A DNA stretch of 64,000 bases, taken from positions 1 through 64,000 of the IMG/VR virus record IMGVR_UViG_3300030101_003361, one strand, 5' to 3'. Position 1 is the stretch's first letter. Each line of letters begins with the position of its first letter. Shown piece by piece: positions 51,456-60,861 of the stretch. This DNA is from an uncultured virus (IMG/VR IMGVR_UViG_3300030101_003361) (taxonomy: Duplodnaviria; Heunggongvirae; Uroviricota; Caudoviricetes). The notes under the pieces are model-generated. The model saw nothing but the letters and a program-made list of their open reading frames with translations. It had not been told where the DNA came from and did not search any database. A program made the position numbers and the translations under genes.

Positions 51456-52209
51456 CTTTTACAAATGTTCCGTTAACCATTTTACCTGTTCTTTTTGATA
51501 TTACATTAAATGATTCATCAATGCAATCTTCAATTCTAAATCCTTCAAGCTCTGAAAGATTAGCAAGTACTATTACCATATCACCAATAGCATCTTTTAT
51601 TTCAGCTTTATCTTGTTTTAATAATGCTTGTGCAAGTTCTCCTGCTTCCTCCATTAATTTAACATACTGAGTCTTACTATCGCCTTTTTGATAAAGGTTA
51701 CGATCTTTAGCCCAGTCTCTTATCTTATTAAATGCTGATGTACTATTAGGCTTAAATGCTTTAGTAAAAGCTTTATTATAAATATAACAAGTACCAGGAC
51801 CAAACTGACTTGCATGTACATTAGTTAATATCCAATCAATATAATCTTGATTATTTAATTCAAATACACCTTCAGGTAACTCTAATGTAATACCTCTTAA
51901 GTATTCAGCATTAATATCGCTAGGTGATATTTTAAATGTTGTTGTTGCTTGTGACGAACTGTGTTTATTCATTTTTTTACGAAATAAGTCTTTATATAAT
52001 TTAATATCTGTTTTATATTTAAGTTCTTTTTGCAGATTTCTTTCAGCTTCAGAAGCTTCTACTATATCATCTGTTTCATATAGTATATCATATTCACCAG
52101 GTTTATAACCTTGTTCTTCTTCAACACGTTTTTTAACATTAGTTGTGCAACCAATCTTAACTCCGGGTATGTGGTATATTTTATATTTACCAGTTTTTAA
52201 TTCTATCAT
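51448..52209 (-). CDS. fusion of GIY-YIG-like N-terminus and MazG-like pyrophosphohydrolase
   Basis: YKIYH...KIG.T....R at the N-terminus; KLMEEAGEL...DAIGD at the C-terminus. Confidence 0.7.
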   Translation of the reverse strand: MIELKTGKYKIYHIPGVKIGCTTNVKKRVEEEQGYKPGEYDILYETDDIVEASEAERNLQKELKYKTDIKLYKDLFRKKMNKHSSSQATTTFKISPSDINAEYLRGITLELPEGVFELNNQDYIDWILTNVHASQFGPGTCYIYNKAFTKAFKPNSTSAFNKIRDWAKDRNLYQKGDSKTQYVKLMEEAGELAQALLKQDKAEIKDAIGDMVIVLANLSELEGFRIEDCIDESFNVISKRTGKMVNGTFVKDE

Positions 52210-53030
52210 GTATTTAATTTTGCTTTAATTGGTGGATGTGGATTATAATTTTTTATTTTAATCATATCAGATGTTGGTATTACTATATACTCTCTTACTC
52301 CTTGTTCAATAGTAAGTCCGAGAGAAATATCAACATTAGGTAATTTCCTGAAATCATTATCCAGTTGTTGTTTAGCTTGTTCGATATGATTATTATACAA
52401 ATGACAATCGCCAAGGGAAGCAATAAGTTGCCCTTCTTTATAGTTATTGCCTTTAGCCAATAGCTTGAGCAATAAACCATACATTGCAATATCATAAGGT
52501 AAGCCAAGAAACACATCAACTGATCTTTGTTGCCACATAAGATTAAGTTTGCCATCATTTATATATACTTGAAAGCAATAGTGGCAAGGTGGCAACACCA
52601 TATCGTCCAAATCATTGGGATTCCATAAGCTTGCCATAATGCGCCGCGAGCTTGGTTCTTCTTTAATTTGGATGAGTATTCTTTTAAGCTGATCAATACC
52701 ATTGAAGTCCCTAAGCTGCTTGCCGTAAACAGGACCAAGCGTGCTATCAGTTCTACCTGATCGATTATAATCATCGTTCCAGTAATTAACACCATTAGAC
52801 TGAAGGTAACGCAAATCAGTGCGGCCTTGTAATATCCATAATAATTCCGTAACTGCATGTTTAAAATATATTTTTTTAGTTGTTAATAGCGGAAAACCTA
52901 AAGCCATATCGTGCTTTATTATTCTACCAAATACTGATTTAGTACCAGTACCTGTTCTATCTTCCTTATCTTTACCGTTATATAATACACCAGCTAATAA
53001 GCTTCTATACTCGTCTTGTATGTTTATCAT
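52206..53030 (-). CDS. thyA: thymidylate synthase
   Basis: DRTGTGT, FPLLTTKK, SRR, LPPCH, QRSVD..LGLPYD and GDCHLY.NH; start placed at MINIQDEY. Confidence 0.95.
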   Translation of the reverse strand: MINIQDEYRSLLAGVLYNGKDKEDRTGTGTKSVFGRIIKHDMALGFPLLTTKKIYFKHAVTELLWILQGRTDLRYLQSNGVNYWNDDYNRSGRTDSTLGPVYGKQLRDFNGIDQLKRILIQIKEEPSSRRIMASLWNPNDLDDMVLPPCHYCFQVYINDGKLNLMWQQRSVDVFLGLPYDIAMYGLLLKLLAKGNNYKEGQLIASLGDCHLYNNHIEQAKQQLDNDFRKLPNVDISLGLTIEQGVREYIVIPTSDMIKIKNYNPHPPIKAKLNT

Positions 53031-53298
53031 AGTAGTATTTACACATTTCATAATATTCAGACCAAATAGAATATTTATCATATACATTTGGTGCATAATA
53101 TATTTTTTCACCTTTTTTATATGGACCTAAAGCAATTGCTATTTTCCATTTACCTGGTTCATTATTAATACCATAAGGTGATATTCTTATATTATTATCT
53201 ATACAATATTTTTGCCATTTCATTTGTTCATAAGATGCATTATGTGGTGGCATTTTATATGCATCTTTCTTTTTAGAACCTGTTAACCCACTTCCCAT
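53005..53298 (-). CDS. hypothetical protein
   Basis: 97-aa ORF in the operon. Confidence 0.6.
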   Translation of the reverse strand: MGSGLTGSKKKDAYKMPPHNASYEQMKWQKYCIDNNIRISPYGINNEPGKWKIAIALGPYKKGEKIYYAPNVYDKYSIWSEYYEMCKYYYDKHTRRV

Positions 53299-54992
53299 GG
53301 CATAATATCATTTGATACATCAAATACAGGTACATAGTTACCGCTAATATGATCCCATTTAAAATGAGCTTCAGCTTGATTTTCACCTAAGTTTTGAAAC
53401 TTTACTTTAAGCACCTTAACTTTAACGGTTTTTTTATTATAATCGCGATGAACAAGTAAGCCATGATATGAAGCATCATACCATTCCCCACCACCTTTAA
53501 TATTATACATATTTGGTTCATCAATTGTACCATCTTCTTTTTTATACATTTTAGTTGGGTGTGCAACTACAATAACAAGTACATCATATTTTTTAGCAAA
53601 AGCTTCTATACGAGTTAAGTATTCCATAGTTGCATCAGGTATACTCATATTAGCAGATCCATTCATTTTAATTTTATTATACGGATCTATAACTAAACAT
53701 TTAATACCTTTTCTTTTAACGAGCTGCGCTCCTTTATTTAATACAGAATCTAAATCATATCTTTCATTTTCAATGAAAAAGAAATTATCATTCACAACAT
53801 TTGCAACTTCATTCCATTTATCTGAACCTATATCATTTTTATTTGGCATCCAATTACCAATCTTACGCATTAGCTTATGTGCATGTAAGAATGTAGGTTT
53901 ATTTTCTGGAGATGCAAATGCTGTTTTCCAACCATACTTTTGTTGATAACCAACAATCATTCTATCTACAAAATCAGATTTACCTGAACTCGGTACACCT
54001 GTTACTGTAATAAATTGGCCTGTATAAGTTGAAAATATATTATCAAAATTATCAAGACCAATTTGGTAGCCTGGTTTAAATCCTTCATGAATAAATTCCT
54101 GCAGCTCATCATCAATATCATTTAACGTTATTACGTTTTCAATAGGAACAGGACTAGCGTTTTTAATAACATCATTGAGCTTAGCGCTGCTGTTGTGTAA
54201 CAAAAAATCATTAGCGTCTTTGTAAATTCCGAAATCACACGTAAAACACGTTTCAGCTCCGAGTCTGCGAATAAGCTCTTGCTTAAGGTTTTCACCCGCC
54301 TCATCTTGATCAACCGCAATAATGATCTTTTCTTTTCCTTCGAGATAATCAATGCAGCTGTCCAAGTAATCAAGGTTATTATTATTAATTGTAGCTCCGT
54401 TTGGTACACTGATGACAGATTTGATACCCACTTCAACAAAAGATAAAGCATCAATCTCTCCTTCCACAATAACCACATAGTCGTGCCCAATAGTAGAGTC
54501 AATATTATAAAAGATTTTTTCGGCTCCTTTAACCAGTTTAAAATTTTTCTTACCATCTCTATACTTTATGTTAATTAATTCATTGTTAATAAAGTAATTG
54601 AATTGTATTGTATTCTCTTCTTTACCAGTTTGAGGCATCCATTCTTTACCTTCAGTAATTTTCATTTTTACTAAAGTGTTATTTGAAATACCTCTGCTCT
54701 CAAACCACTTAATTACTTTGTCACTTAAAAGTGGATTGGCTATTGTTTTAGGCTTAGTATAAACTTTATCGTTACCACCTTTTCTTTTGAACGTATGTAA
54801 TTGAAATACTTCATTACAATTCATACATGTACCAAGACCTCTATCCCAATCGTACATAGCACATTTAGCTTTACGATTTTGTGGTTTACGATTAGCAGAG
54901 CAAAGAGGGCATATACCCTCTCGCTTGCCAACCTCTAATTTATATTGATTGAATGTATCAATCTGAAAACCATTAATCTCGGTTTTGTTCAT
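53283..54992 (-). CDS. primase-helicase (T7 gp4/Twinkle-like)
   Basis: CPLC...CMNC Zn finger, TOPRIM VEGEID and D.DEAG, Walker A GVPSSGKS, LVIDP, VAHP. Confidence 0.92.
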   Translation of the reverse strand: MNKTEINGFQIDTFNQYKLEVGKREGICPLCSANRKPQNRKAKCAMYDWDRGLGTCMNCNEVFQLHTFKRKGGNDKVYTKPKTIANPLLSDKVIKWFESRGISNNTLVKMKITEGKEWMPQTGKEENTIQFNYFINNELINIKYRDGKKNFKLVKGAEKIFYNIDSTIGHDYVVIVEGEIDALSFVEVGIKSVISVPNGATINNNNLDYLDSCIDYLEGKEKIIIAVDQDEAGENLKQELIRRLGAETCFTCDFGIYKDANDFLLHNSSAKLNDVIKNASPVPIENVITLNDIDDELQEFIHEGFKPGYQIGLDNFDNIFSTYTGQFITVTGVPSSGKSDFVDRMIVGYQQKYGWKTAFASPENKPTFLHAHKLMRKIGNWMPNKNDIGSDKWNEVANVVNDNFFFIENERYDLDSVLNKGAQLVKRKGIKCLVIDPYNKIKMNGSANMSIPDATMEYLTRIEAFAKKYDVLVIVVAHPTKMYKKEDGTIDEPNMYNIKGGGEWYDASYHGLLVHRDYNKKTVKVKVLKVKFQNLGENQAEAHFKWDHISGNYVPVFDVSNDIMPWEVG

Positions 54993-55312
54993 TAGAATGG
55001 TAAATCTGGTTCGTTAGACTTAGACTCAAAAGTATTTGTAGCAGGTGCCGGTGATGCAACATTTTTATTAGTTGTATCAACATTTTGGCCGTCTGTCCAT
55101 ATGACTTTAACGTTACCTAAATATTCTTTTGGTATACTTGCATCTCTTTCATCTTTAGTTTGTTCAGTCATTATATAGCCTGAATCACCATATTCACCAA
55201 CCTCGTTATTTATAACGACGGTAACTGGATAGTATTTACCCTTCTTGCCTTCATAAATTTTATCTTTATTTATTTTAGATAAATTTATATTACCAGATAT
55301 AATACTTGCCAT
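54992..55312 (-). CDS. putative single-stranded DNA-binding protein
   Basis: Small OB-like protein with acidic DLPF C-terminus. Confidence 0.65.
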   Translation of the reverse strand: MASIISGNINLSKINKDKIYEGKKGKYYPVTVVINNEVGEYGDSGYIMTEQTKDERDASIPKEYLGNVKVIWTDGQNVDTTNKNVASPAPATNTFESKSNEPDLPF

Positions 55313-55313
55313 A

Positions 55314-55481
55314 TTAATATGTAGATATTTGATTAAACATTCTTCTAAGCTGTGTTTTACTAGCTCCAGTAGTTCTTCTTATATTATCTACAGCTTTTAC
55401 ATGAGATTGATTAGTATAAAAATTATTCATACTAGTCGTGACTCCTGTTACATCACAAGTTCTTTTTCTAGTTCTTGCCAT
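55314..55481 (-). CDS. hypothetical 55-aa protein (MARTRKRTCDVTG...)
   Basis: Read manually; fills an operon gap. Confidence 0.55.
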   Translation of the reverse strand: MARTRKRTCDVTGVTTSMNNFYTNQSHVKAVDNIRRTTGASKTQLRRMFNQISTY

Positions 55482-55490
55482 AAAATTAAA

Positions 55491-56222
55491 TTAAAGTGTT
55501 TTAGTTAAAAAATATTGGTTAAGGTCAACACCACTGTCAACAAAAAATTCGTTGTAAGCTTGTACTGCCTTAGCCACTTTATTCTGCCCTGATTGTAAAA
55601 AATCAGCACTACAATCAAATAGGCCTAATTGATGAGTTGATTTATCTATTACAATAAATACTAACTCATATCCAAACATTTTACTATAAATATATGCTTG
55701 GCTATCATAGTTAAACTTATAAGCTGAACTATGAAAAGAAGATATATTACTTGTAGTTTTTAAATCAACTAATAACTGTTGACTATGATTTACAATATCT
55801 GCTTTACCTTTCCATAGTAAAGATTCTAATTCAACTATTCCGGGTTGTTCATATTCAACCTTTCCTTCTTGTATTAATTCTTTAAACAAATCAATACTTA
55901 AAACTTTATCACGCATTAACGCAATTTCATCTGCTTCTTTTTCTAATAAACAAATATCACCATCAGATAGTTCTTTATATAGTTTTGTATTTCTGCTGGT
56001 TGTTGGTATAATTTTATACTTATCTAATTTATTAGGTTCTAATATACATGTGTGAAAATATCCTCCAATAACTAATGCTGTACTGGGTTTTGTTTCTTTT
56101 TTAAAGTTAATAGGATTATTAATTAAAGCGTTTATATCACTGTTTGATAAAAACTGTTTACCAAAATCGCCATAATAATGCTCGTCATCTTTTAACTTTT
56201 TAAGTATTTCTTTTTTATTCAC
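55491..56222 (-). CDS. RecE/ExoVIII-like PD-(D/E)xK exonuclease
   Basis: LSNS, G..FH..ILEP, KGKAD, VDLKTT and Y..QA..Y. Confidence 0.8.
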   Translation of the reverse strand: MNKKEILKKLKDDEHYYGDFGKQFLSNSDINALINNPINFKKETKPSTALVIGGYFHTCILEPNKLDKYKIIPTTSRNTKLYKELSDGDICLLEKEADEIALMRDKVLSIDLFKELIQEGKVEYEQPGIVELESLLWKGKADIVNHSQQLLVDLKTTSNISSFHSSAYKFNYDSQAYIYSKMFGYELVFIVIDKSTHQLGLFDCSADFLQSGQNKVAKAVQAYNEFFVDSGVDLNQYFLTKTL

Positions 56223-56790
56223 TCAATTGTACTCTAACATCGTCAGAGATTGTATATTTATCTTCAAGTGTTTTCATTAATCCACCATTTGCTAAAAACT
56301 TTTTAGCTTGAGCTAAATTATTAGAATCAATAGAAGGCTTTTCAGAAGCTTTAATTTTATTCTTTAATGTTTGTACCTTATTAGAATAATTATGTTGATT
56401 AGTAGCATCAGAATCAGCTGTATCGTCAATTAACAGAAGATTACCAAGTGCATATTTTTTACCATACGATGATGCACTACCAAATCTTTGTGGCATTTGT
56501 TGGCCTTTTGCGGTTAAATCAACACCTACTATTGCTGTAGCTAAAATTTTATCACCAGATTTATTATCTATAATTCTAGCAGCTGAATGTATTATAGGAA
56601 ATTCACCAGTAGTTAAATTTTCTTCAACTGTAAAATGTACATCATACTTATCATTAAATGGTTTTAATGCTTCAAGTATGTCTTCAGCTGACCTGAAGTT
56701 ATATTTGCCAAAAGAATTATATCTTGATTTTTTGGCTTTAAATTCAAATTGTATTTTACTTAATTTTTCTCTTATATTCATTTGATTCAA
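56215..56790 (-). CDS. ERF-family ssDNA annealing protein
   Basis: N.FGKY.FRSAEDILEA.KP; Q.FGSASSY.KKYAL..L..IDD..D.D. Confidence 0.85.
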   Translation of the reverse strand: MNQMNIREKLSKIQFEFKAKKSRYNSFGKYNFRSAEDILEALKPFNDKYDVHFTVEENLTTGEFPIIHSAARIIDNKSGDKILATAIVGVDLTAKGQQMPQRFGSASSYGKKYALGNLLLIDDTADSDATNQHNYSNKVQTLKNKIKASEKPSIDSNNLAQAKKFLANGGLMKTLEDKYTISDDVRVQLSE

Positions 56791-56870
56791 TTATTTTATA
56801 ACCGGTATATAATCCATTTTTGTAATAAGTTATAATACCATCACCTATTACATAATTAGTTTCGCTATTT

Positions 56871-56905
56871 ATATTATCACGAGCTTTCATAGTTTGTAAC
56901 GTATT
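56871..56905 (-). promoter_or_regulatory. bipartite motif copy 1 (AATACGTTACAAA-N14-GATAATAT on -)
   Basis: One of four copies; upstream of the ERF/replication operon. Confidence 0.6.
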
Positions 56906-57241
56906 TTATGAAATTAAATCATAAATAATATTATTCTTTTTAAATAATCTTTTATGTTTTATATCATCTAATTTACCAAAAACACAAAACGAACTTTTGT
57001 CAACTTCAATGTCTTTGTATATATTCTTTTCTTTATTAACACCTTTACCTGATAAACGGTTAGATTTAATATTTAAATATTTAGACCCTGAAATAGCTTT
57101 TACATGGCTAACTGTATAATTAGGGTTTTTAAAATGTAGGTTCTGGTCGTTATGCATAGACTCAGAATTATCTTGTTTTATATATTGCATCTCGTCTATT
57201 GTAGACGGTAAAAATTGGTATTTAGTTTTAAATTTATTCAT
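56906..57241 (-). CDS. hypothetical protein
   Basis: 111-aa ORF. Confidence 0.6.
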   Translation of the reverse strand: MNKFKTKYQFLPSTIDEMQYIKQDNSESMHNDQNLHFKNPNYTVSHVKAISGSKYLNIKSNRLSGKGVNKEKNIYKDIEVDKSSFCVFGKLDDIKHKRLFKKNNIIYDLIS

Positions 57242-57285
57242 AAGAGTACATAATTAATATAGTACAAAATTTGTATTATGAGACG

Positions 57286-58071
57286 TTAATTTTGATAAAT
57301 CTTTAAATGTTTTTCAGCATATAGATGTACCATTGAAGAACTTTTTATGCCGTGTATAGCAACGAAGTGTGCTAACTCTTTTAAAGCCAGCTCGTTAGAT
57401 TTTAATTTAGCTAATATACGTTGCTTTTGCTTTCTAACATTTTCAACACGTATGCCAAAATAATTAGCAATATCAATCATCTTTTTAGGCTTAGAGTAAA
57501 TATCATCTAATCCAAAAAACATTTTTAACATTAAATGTTGCTTAGGTAAATATTTTTTAGACCATCCATCTAAATACTCACCTAATTTATCATAACTATA
57601 TTCATAAATCTCTTCTTCAACCATATTAATAATAGAACTATCAAACCAATGTGGAAATAGTTTAGTTATATACCCAAAACCACCGGTTATTTTCTTTTGT
57701 TCTTCATTACTCCATATACCTTTAATAGGTCTTTTAGTACCATCTGCATTAACTTTTATTCTATCTTTAAGAATACCAGTAATACTTTTTTTAAGATATT
57801 TAGAAATAGTTTTTTGCTTTTCAACTTTATCTTTAATATCATTAACTATATTCCATTTTATATTACGCCATGATATAAGTAAAGCTAAATAACCTTCTTG
57901 AGTTAAATCATTTAAATCAACAACGCCTACAGCTCCATAATCTTTAGAAAAACTATTAGCTATATTTATTGCCATTTTATAATATTCAAATGGAATATCA
58001 GTATTAGATTTTTTAACTTTTTCAAGTGTTGCAATATTTAACGAATATATTTTTTTATTAAAATTTTTCAT
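57286..58071 (-). CDS. sigma-70-like RNA polymerase sigma factor
   Basis: Region 2-like DLTQEGYLALL; region 4-like FGL...DIANYFGIRVENVRKQKQRILAKLK. Confidence 0.75.
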   Translation of the reverse strand: MKNFNKKIYSLNIATLEKVKKSNTDIPFEYYKMAINIANSFSKDYGAVGVVDLNDLTQEGYLALLISWRNIKWNIVNDIKDKVEKQKTISKYLKKSITGILKDRIKVNADGTKRPIKGIWSNEEQKKITGGFGYITKLFPHWFDSSIINMVEEEIYEYSYDKLGEYLDGWSKKYLPKQHLMLKMFFGLDDIYSKPKKMIDIANYFGIRVENVRKQKQRILAKLKSNELALKELAHFVAIHGIKSSSMVHLYAEKHLKIYQN

Positions 58072-58470
58072 CTACGTTTTTTCTTATTGCTTTTTCTTTC
58101 AGCTTTAATTTTATCTGCTATTTTAAAAGCATTAGTTTTTATAAAATGTGTATATATTTTTTTACTCATATCAATCAATTTTATATATCCAAGTTAATCC
58201 TTTATCATTAAACCATACCCAATCTCGGTTATGTTTATCAAATCCTTTTGGTATCTCACCGATTTTGTAAGGTTTAAATTTAATTTTTATACCTATTTTA
58301 GGTTTTATTAATGTTCTTGTTTTTTTCATATTACGTCTTTAAAATTTATTTCATCGTACCATTCCCATTCACAATTAGGATAACTATCAATAATAGAATT
58401 AATAGTTGCTTCCTGTACTTTATGAGAAACGTCAGTATTAATTATATAAGTTTTATTATTTATTATTAGC

Positions 58471-58722
58471 TTACCTAGACTCATCTCTAAAATGTTTTTG
58501 ATATAACAAAAATATAATTATTTTTAATACTGTACCAAATAAAATGCCAACTGCAATTGGTAATTTTATTTGTACTATAAATGCAATCGTACCGACCGCA
58601 AGTCCATCAAACATAAACATAATACCCATGAGTATCAGCACGTTACGTTTAAATGTATCACCAAGAATGCATACTAAATATGCAGTTAGTGCAAAGAAAG
58701 ATGCTATAGATATACTACTCAT
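58471..58722 (-). CDS. membrane protein, 3 TM
   Basis: Hydrophobic 83 aa from MSSISIASFF; overlaps the ligase stop. Confidence 0.6.
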   Translation of the reverse strand: MSSISIASFFALTAYLVCILGDTFKRNVLILMGIMFMFDGLAVGTIAFIVQIKLPIAVGILFGTVLKIIIFLLYQKHFRDESR

Positions 58723-59587
58723 AGTTTCTAATTGTTTTAGCTCTTGGAAATCTGTAAGCTCCAGCTGGAGTTCTTTCAAAGAATTCAAATGTTAATAGCT
58801 TACCAATATATTTTTTTCTAGCTTGCCACATTTGTTTTCTGTTTTCAATAGTTAGTGTAGGCCAAGGTATTTCAACTTCTCTACCGTCTTTATCAACAGC
58901 TAGCCATTTACCAAGACCATTAGCAAACTTACCTTTACCTTCAACATAACCTGTAATAGTTGCTTCAGTATCCGACCAGTCTTTTATTTTCATTAGATTA
59001 TTACTTCGTTTAGTTTCATAAGGAGTATTGTATCTAAGTATTGAACCTTCAAAACCTAAATCTTTAAACTCATTGTGGTAGTCTTTTATTTCTGTATCTG
59101 AAGTAACTTCATACGTAGGAACTGTTTTAATTGAACGCCACTTGTAATATTCTTTATATCCTGTAATTCTTTCACTTCTTTTTTGAAATAAAATAGTATT
59201 ACTTAAACTTTGATGTGTATTAATATTTGAATCAGGAATAAACTGGTCATAGCAATGAAACTGTAAATACATTGCAGATTCAAATTTATCAGCTTGCGTT
59301 GGCTTTTGCTTTTTAACAAGTGATATAATTTTGTTAAAATCATTTTTAAATTTATGATTGTACAACTCGCCGTCAAGTATTCTATCAGGATAATCTTTAA
59401 AGAAAGATTGTAATGTAGTTGTAATATGTTTACAATTTTTAAATGGTTTATGGTTTCTGCTAAATGCACCGTCTTTAGTTATATAGCATCTAACACCATC
59501 TAGTTTTGGCTGTATAAAGTTTTTAATGTCTAACCGTCTATTCATAGGGTCGAACTCTTTAGCCAGCATTACGTTAAAGTTTGTCAT
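58715..59587 (-). CDS. ATP-dependent DNA ligase
   Basis: QPKLDGVR, SRN, LDGELY, GFEG.ILR, Y..KRS..L.K.K and RFP. Confidence 0.92.
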   Translation of the reverse strand: MTNFNVMLAKEFDPMNRRLDIKNFIQPKLDGVRCYITKDGAFSRNHKPFKNCKHITTTLQSFFKDYPDRILDGELYNHKFKNDFNKIISLVKKQKPTQADKFESAMYLQFHCYDQFIPDSNINTHQSLSNTILFQKRSERITGYKEYYKWRSIKTVPTYEVTSDTEIKDYHNEFKDLGFEGSILRYNTPYETKRSNNLMKIKDWSDTEATITGYVEGKGKFANGLGKWLAVDKDGREVEIPWPTLTIENRKQMWQARKKYIGKLLTFEFFERTPAGAYRFPRAKTIRNYE

Positions 59588-59867
59588 ATTCTTTTTTAAT
59601 TCTTTCATATATTTCATTTAATTCTATTACTAATTCATATTTTTCGTCAGCTAATAATTTAGCTCGTTTAGCTTCTAAATCTATTAGTTGAGCTTTTAGC
59701 ATATCTTTTTTAGAAGGATGTCTAATATTTCCAAAACCATCAACCTCTGCTTCAAAGAATTCTTTAGGAGTCATAGGTTTAAAGTCTTGTTGTATTCTAT
59801 TGTCAAACTCTTCTAAAATTTTATCTGCTACTAATTGTGCTAATTTTTCTAAATCTTTACGAGTCAT
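59574..59867 (-). CDS. hypothetical, UVR-like C-terminus
   Basis: ...LLADEKYEL...L pattern. Confidence 0.55.
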   Translation of the reverse strand: MTRKDLEKLAQLVADKILEEFDNRIQQDFKPMTPKEFFEAEVDGFGNIRHPSKKDMLKAQLIDLEAKRAKLLADEKYELVIELNEIYERIKKEYDKL

Positions 59868-60093
59868 GATTTACAATTATAGTATACATATATTTTAATA
59901 ATTTTTGTTTTCTAGTTAAGCATTCAACTTGCTTAGCAATTTCTTCTTTAGTAGGCCCAAAAAATGAATCAGGAGTCATATTCTCCCAGTCTTTTATCTT
60001 TTCATCTAAAGGACCTTGCCTACTCATAATGTATATAAGTGCTTGACCTTTCAAATCGTCGTGGTCAAGCTTTAAGTGTTTTTCTCTTAACAT
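59857..60093 (-). CDS. hypothetical protein
   Basis: 78-aa ORF. Confidence 0.55.
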   Translation of the reverse strand: MLREKHLKLDHDDLKGQALIYIMSRQGPLDEKIKDWENMTPDSFFGPTKEEIAKQVECLTRKQKLLKYMYTIIVNHDS

Positions 60094-60094
60094 A

Positions 60095-60427
60095 TTAATC
60101 TTCTTTTTGTTCTAGCCATTCAATTACTTCTTGTTCAGGCAGATAAGATTCAGCATCTATATATATTCTTACTTCACTGCCATAGCCTAAGTCGTGGCAT
60201 GTTTCTTCTATTCTATCCATAATAGTATCAAATTGAGGTTCATAATAATATACATCATTTTCCCAATCAATATTTCTAGCGTCGTTTGTTAATACATGTA
60301 ATGTATAATCATCAGCAGTATACCATTCAGACATTTCTAAATCTGGGTTACTCAAATCGTCTTTAATTACAACGATGCTATCATACTTATTGCTTAAGTA
60401 TTTTTCTAATTTATTTATATAATCCAT
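60095..60427 (-). CDS. acidic hypothetical protein
   Basis: Start moved to MDYINKL because the track start lies inside tRNA-Gly. Confidence 0.6.
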   Translation of the reverse strand: MDYINKLEKYLSNKYDSIVVIKDDLSNPDLEMSEWYTADDYTLHVLTNDARNIDWENDVYYYEPQFDTIMDRIEETCHDLGYGSEVRIYIDAESYLPEQEVIEWLEQKED

Positions 60428-60447
60428 TTTATTTAATTTAAAGTTAG

Positions 60448-60520
60448 AGCGAAAAGTGGGAATCGAACCCACAACCTTTAGATTGGAAATCTAATGCTCT
60501 GCCAGTTGAGCTATTTTCGC
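60448..60520 (-). tRNA. tRNA-Gly(TCC)
   Basis: GCGAAAA/TTTTCGC acceptor, GCTC/GAGC D stem, TTAGA-TTTCCAA-TCTAA anticodon arm, GTGGG-TTCGATT-CCCAC T arm, U73. Confidence 0.92.
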
Positions 60521-60524
60521 ATAA

Positions 60525-60624
60525 GGAGGCGGATGAAACTAGGAATGACAGAGATGCACTCAGCGCCTTACACTCTTAATCTGTTTATATCATCTTTCTA
60601 CCTTTCGGCTTCCTGACTACCTCC
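60525..60624 (-). ncRNA. candidate structured RNA between the tRNAs
   Basis: GGAGG/CCTCC closing stem, AGGAA/TTCCT, GCC-GAAA-GGT hairpin, ACAGA/TCTGT. Confidence 0.4.
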
Positions 60625-60697
60625 AATATGAAAACGACGGTTTGATTGCATTGGTATTTTAAATTGTACCGCGTTCAGGTATATTCGTTTTCATTAG

Positions 60698-60771
60698 GTG
60701 CGCGGGGTGGATTCGAACCACCGACCTCGAGTTTATGAGACTCGCGAGCTGTCCCGCTGCTCTACCGCGCA
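60698..60771 (-). tRNA. tRNA with CAT anticodon (Met, initiator-like D arm)
   Basis: TGCGCGG/CCGCGCA acceptor, GAGC/GCTC D stem, CGAGT-CTCATAA-ACTCG, GGTGG-TTCGAAT-CCACC. Confidence 0.88.
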
Positions 60772-60861
60772 ATATTATATCGTTTCCAATATTCTATTTC
60801 AAACAATTCAATTTGTTCTTTTGACATTTTTAATAGAACATTTTTTTTATTTCTTCTTTTT

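Noticed and set aside
60560..60620. Hammerhead ribozyme suggested by GCCGAAAGGT-AGAAA on the - strand
   Set aside because: The required CUGANGA core is absent upstream of the hairpin.
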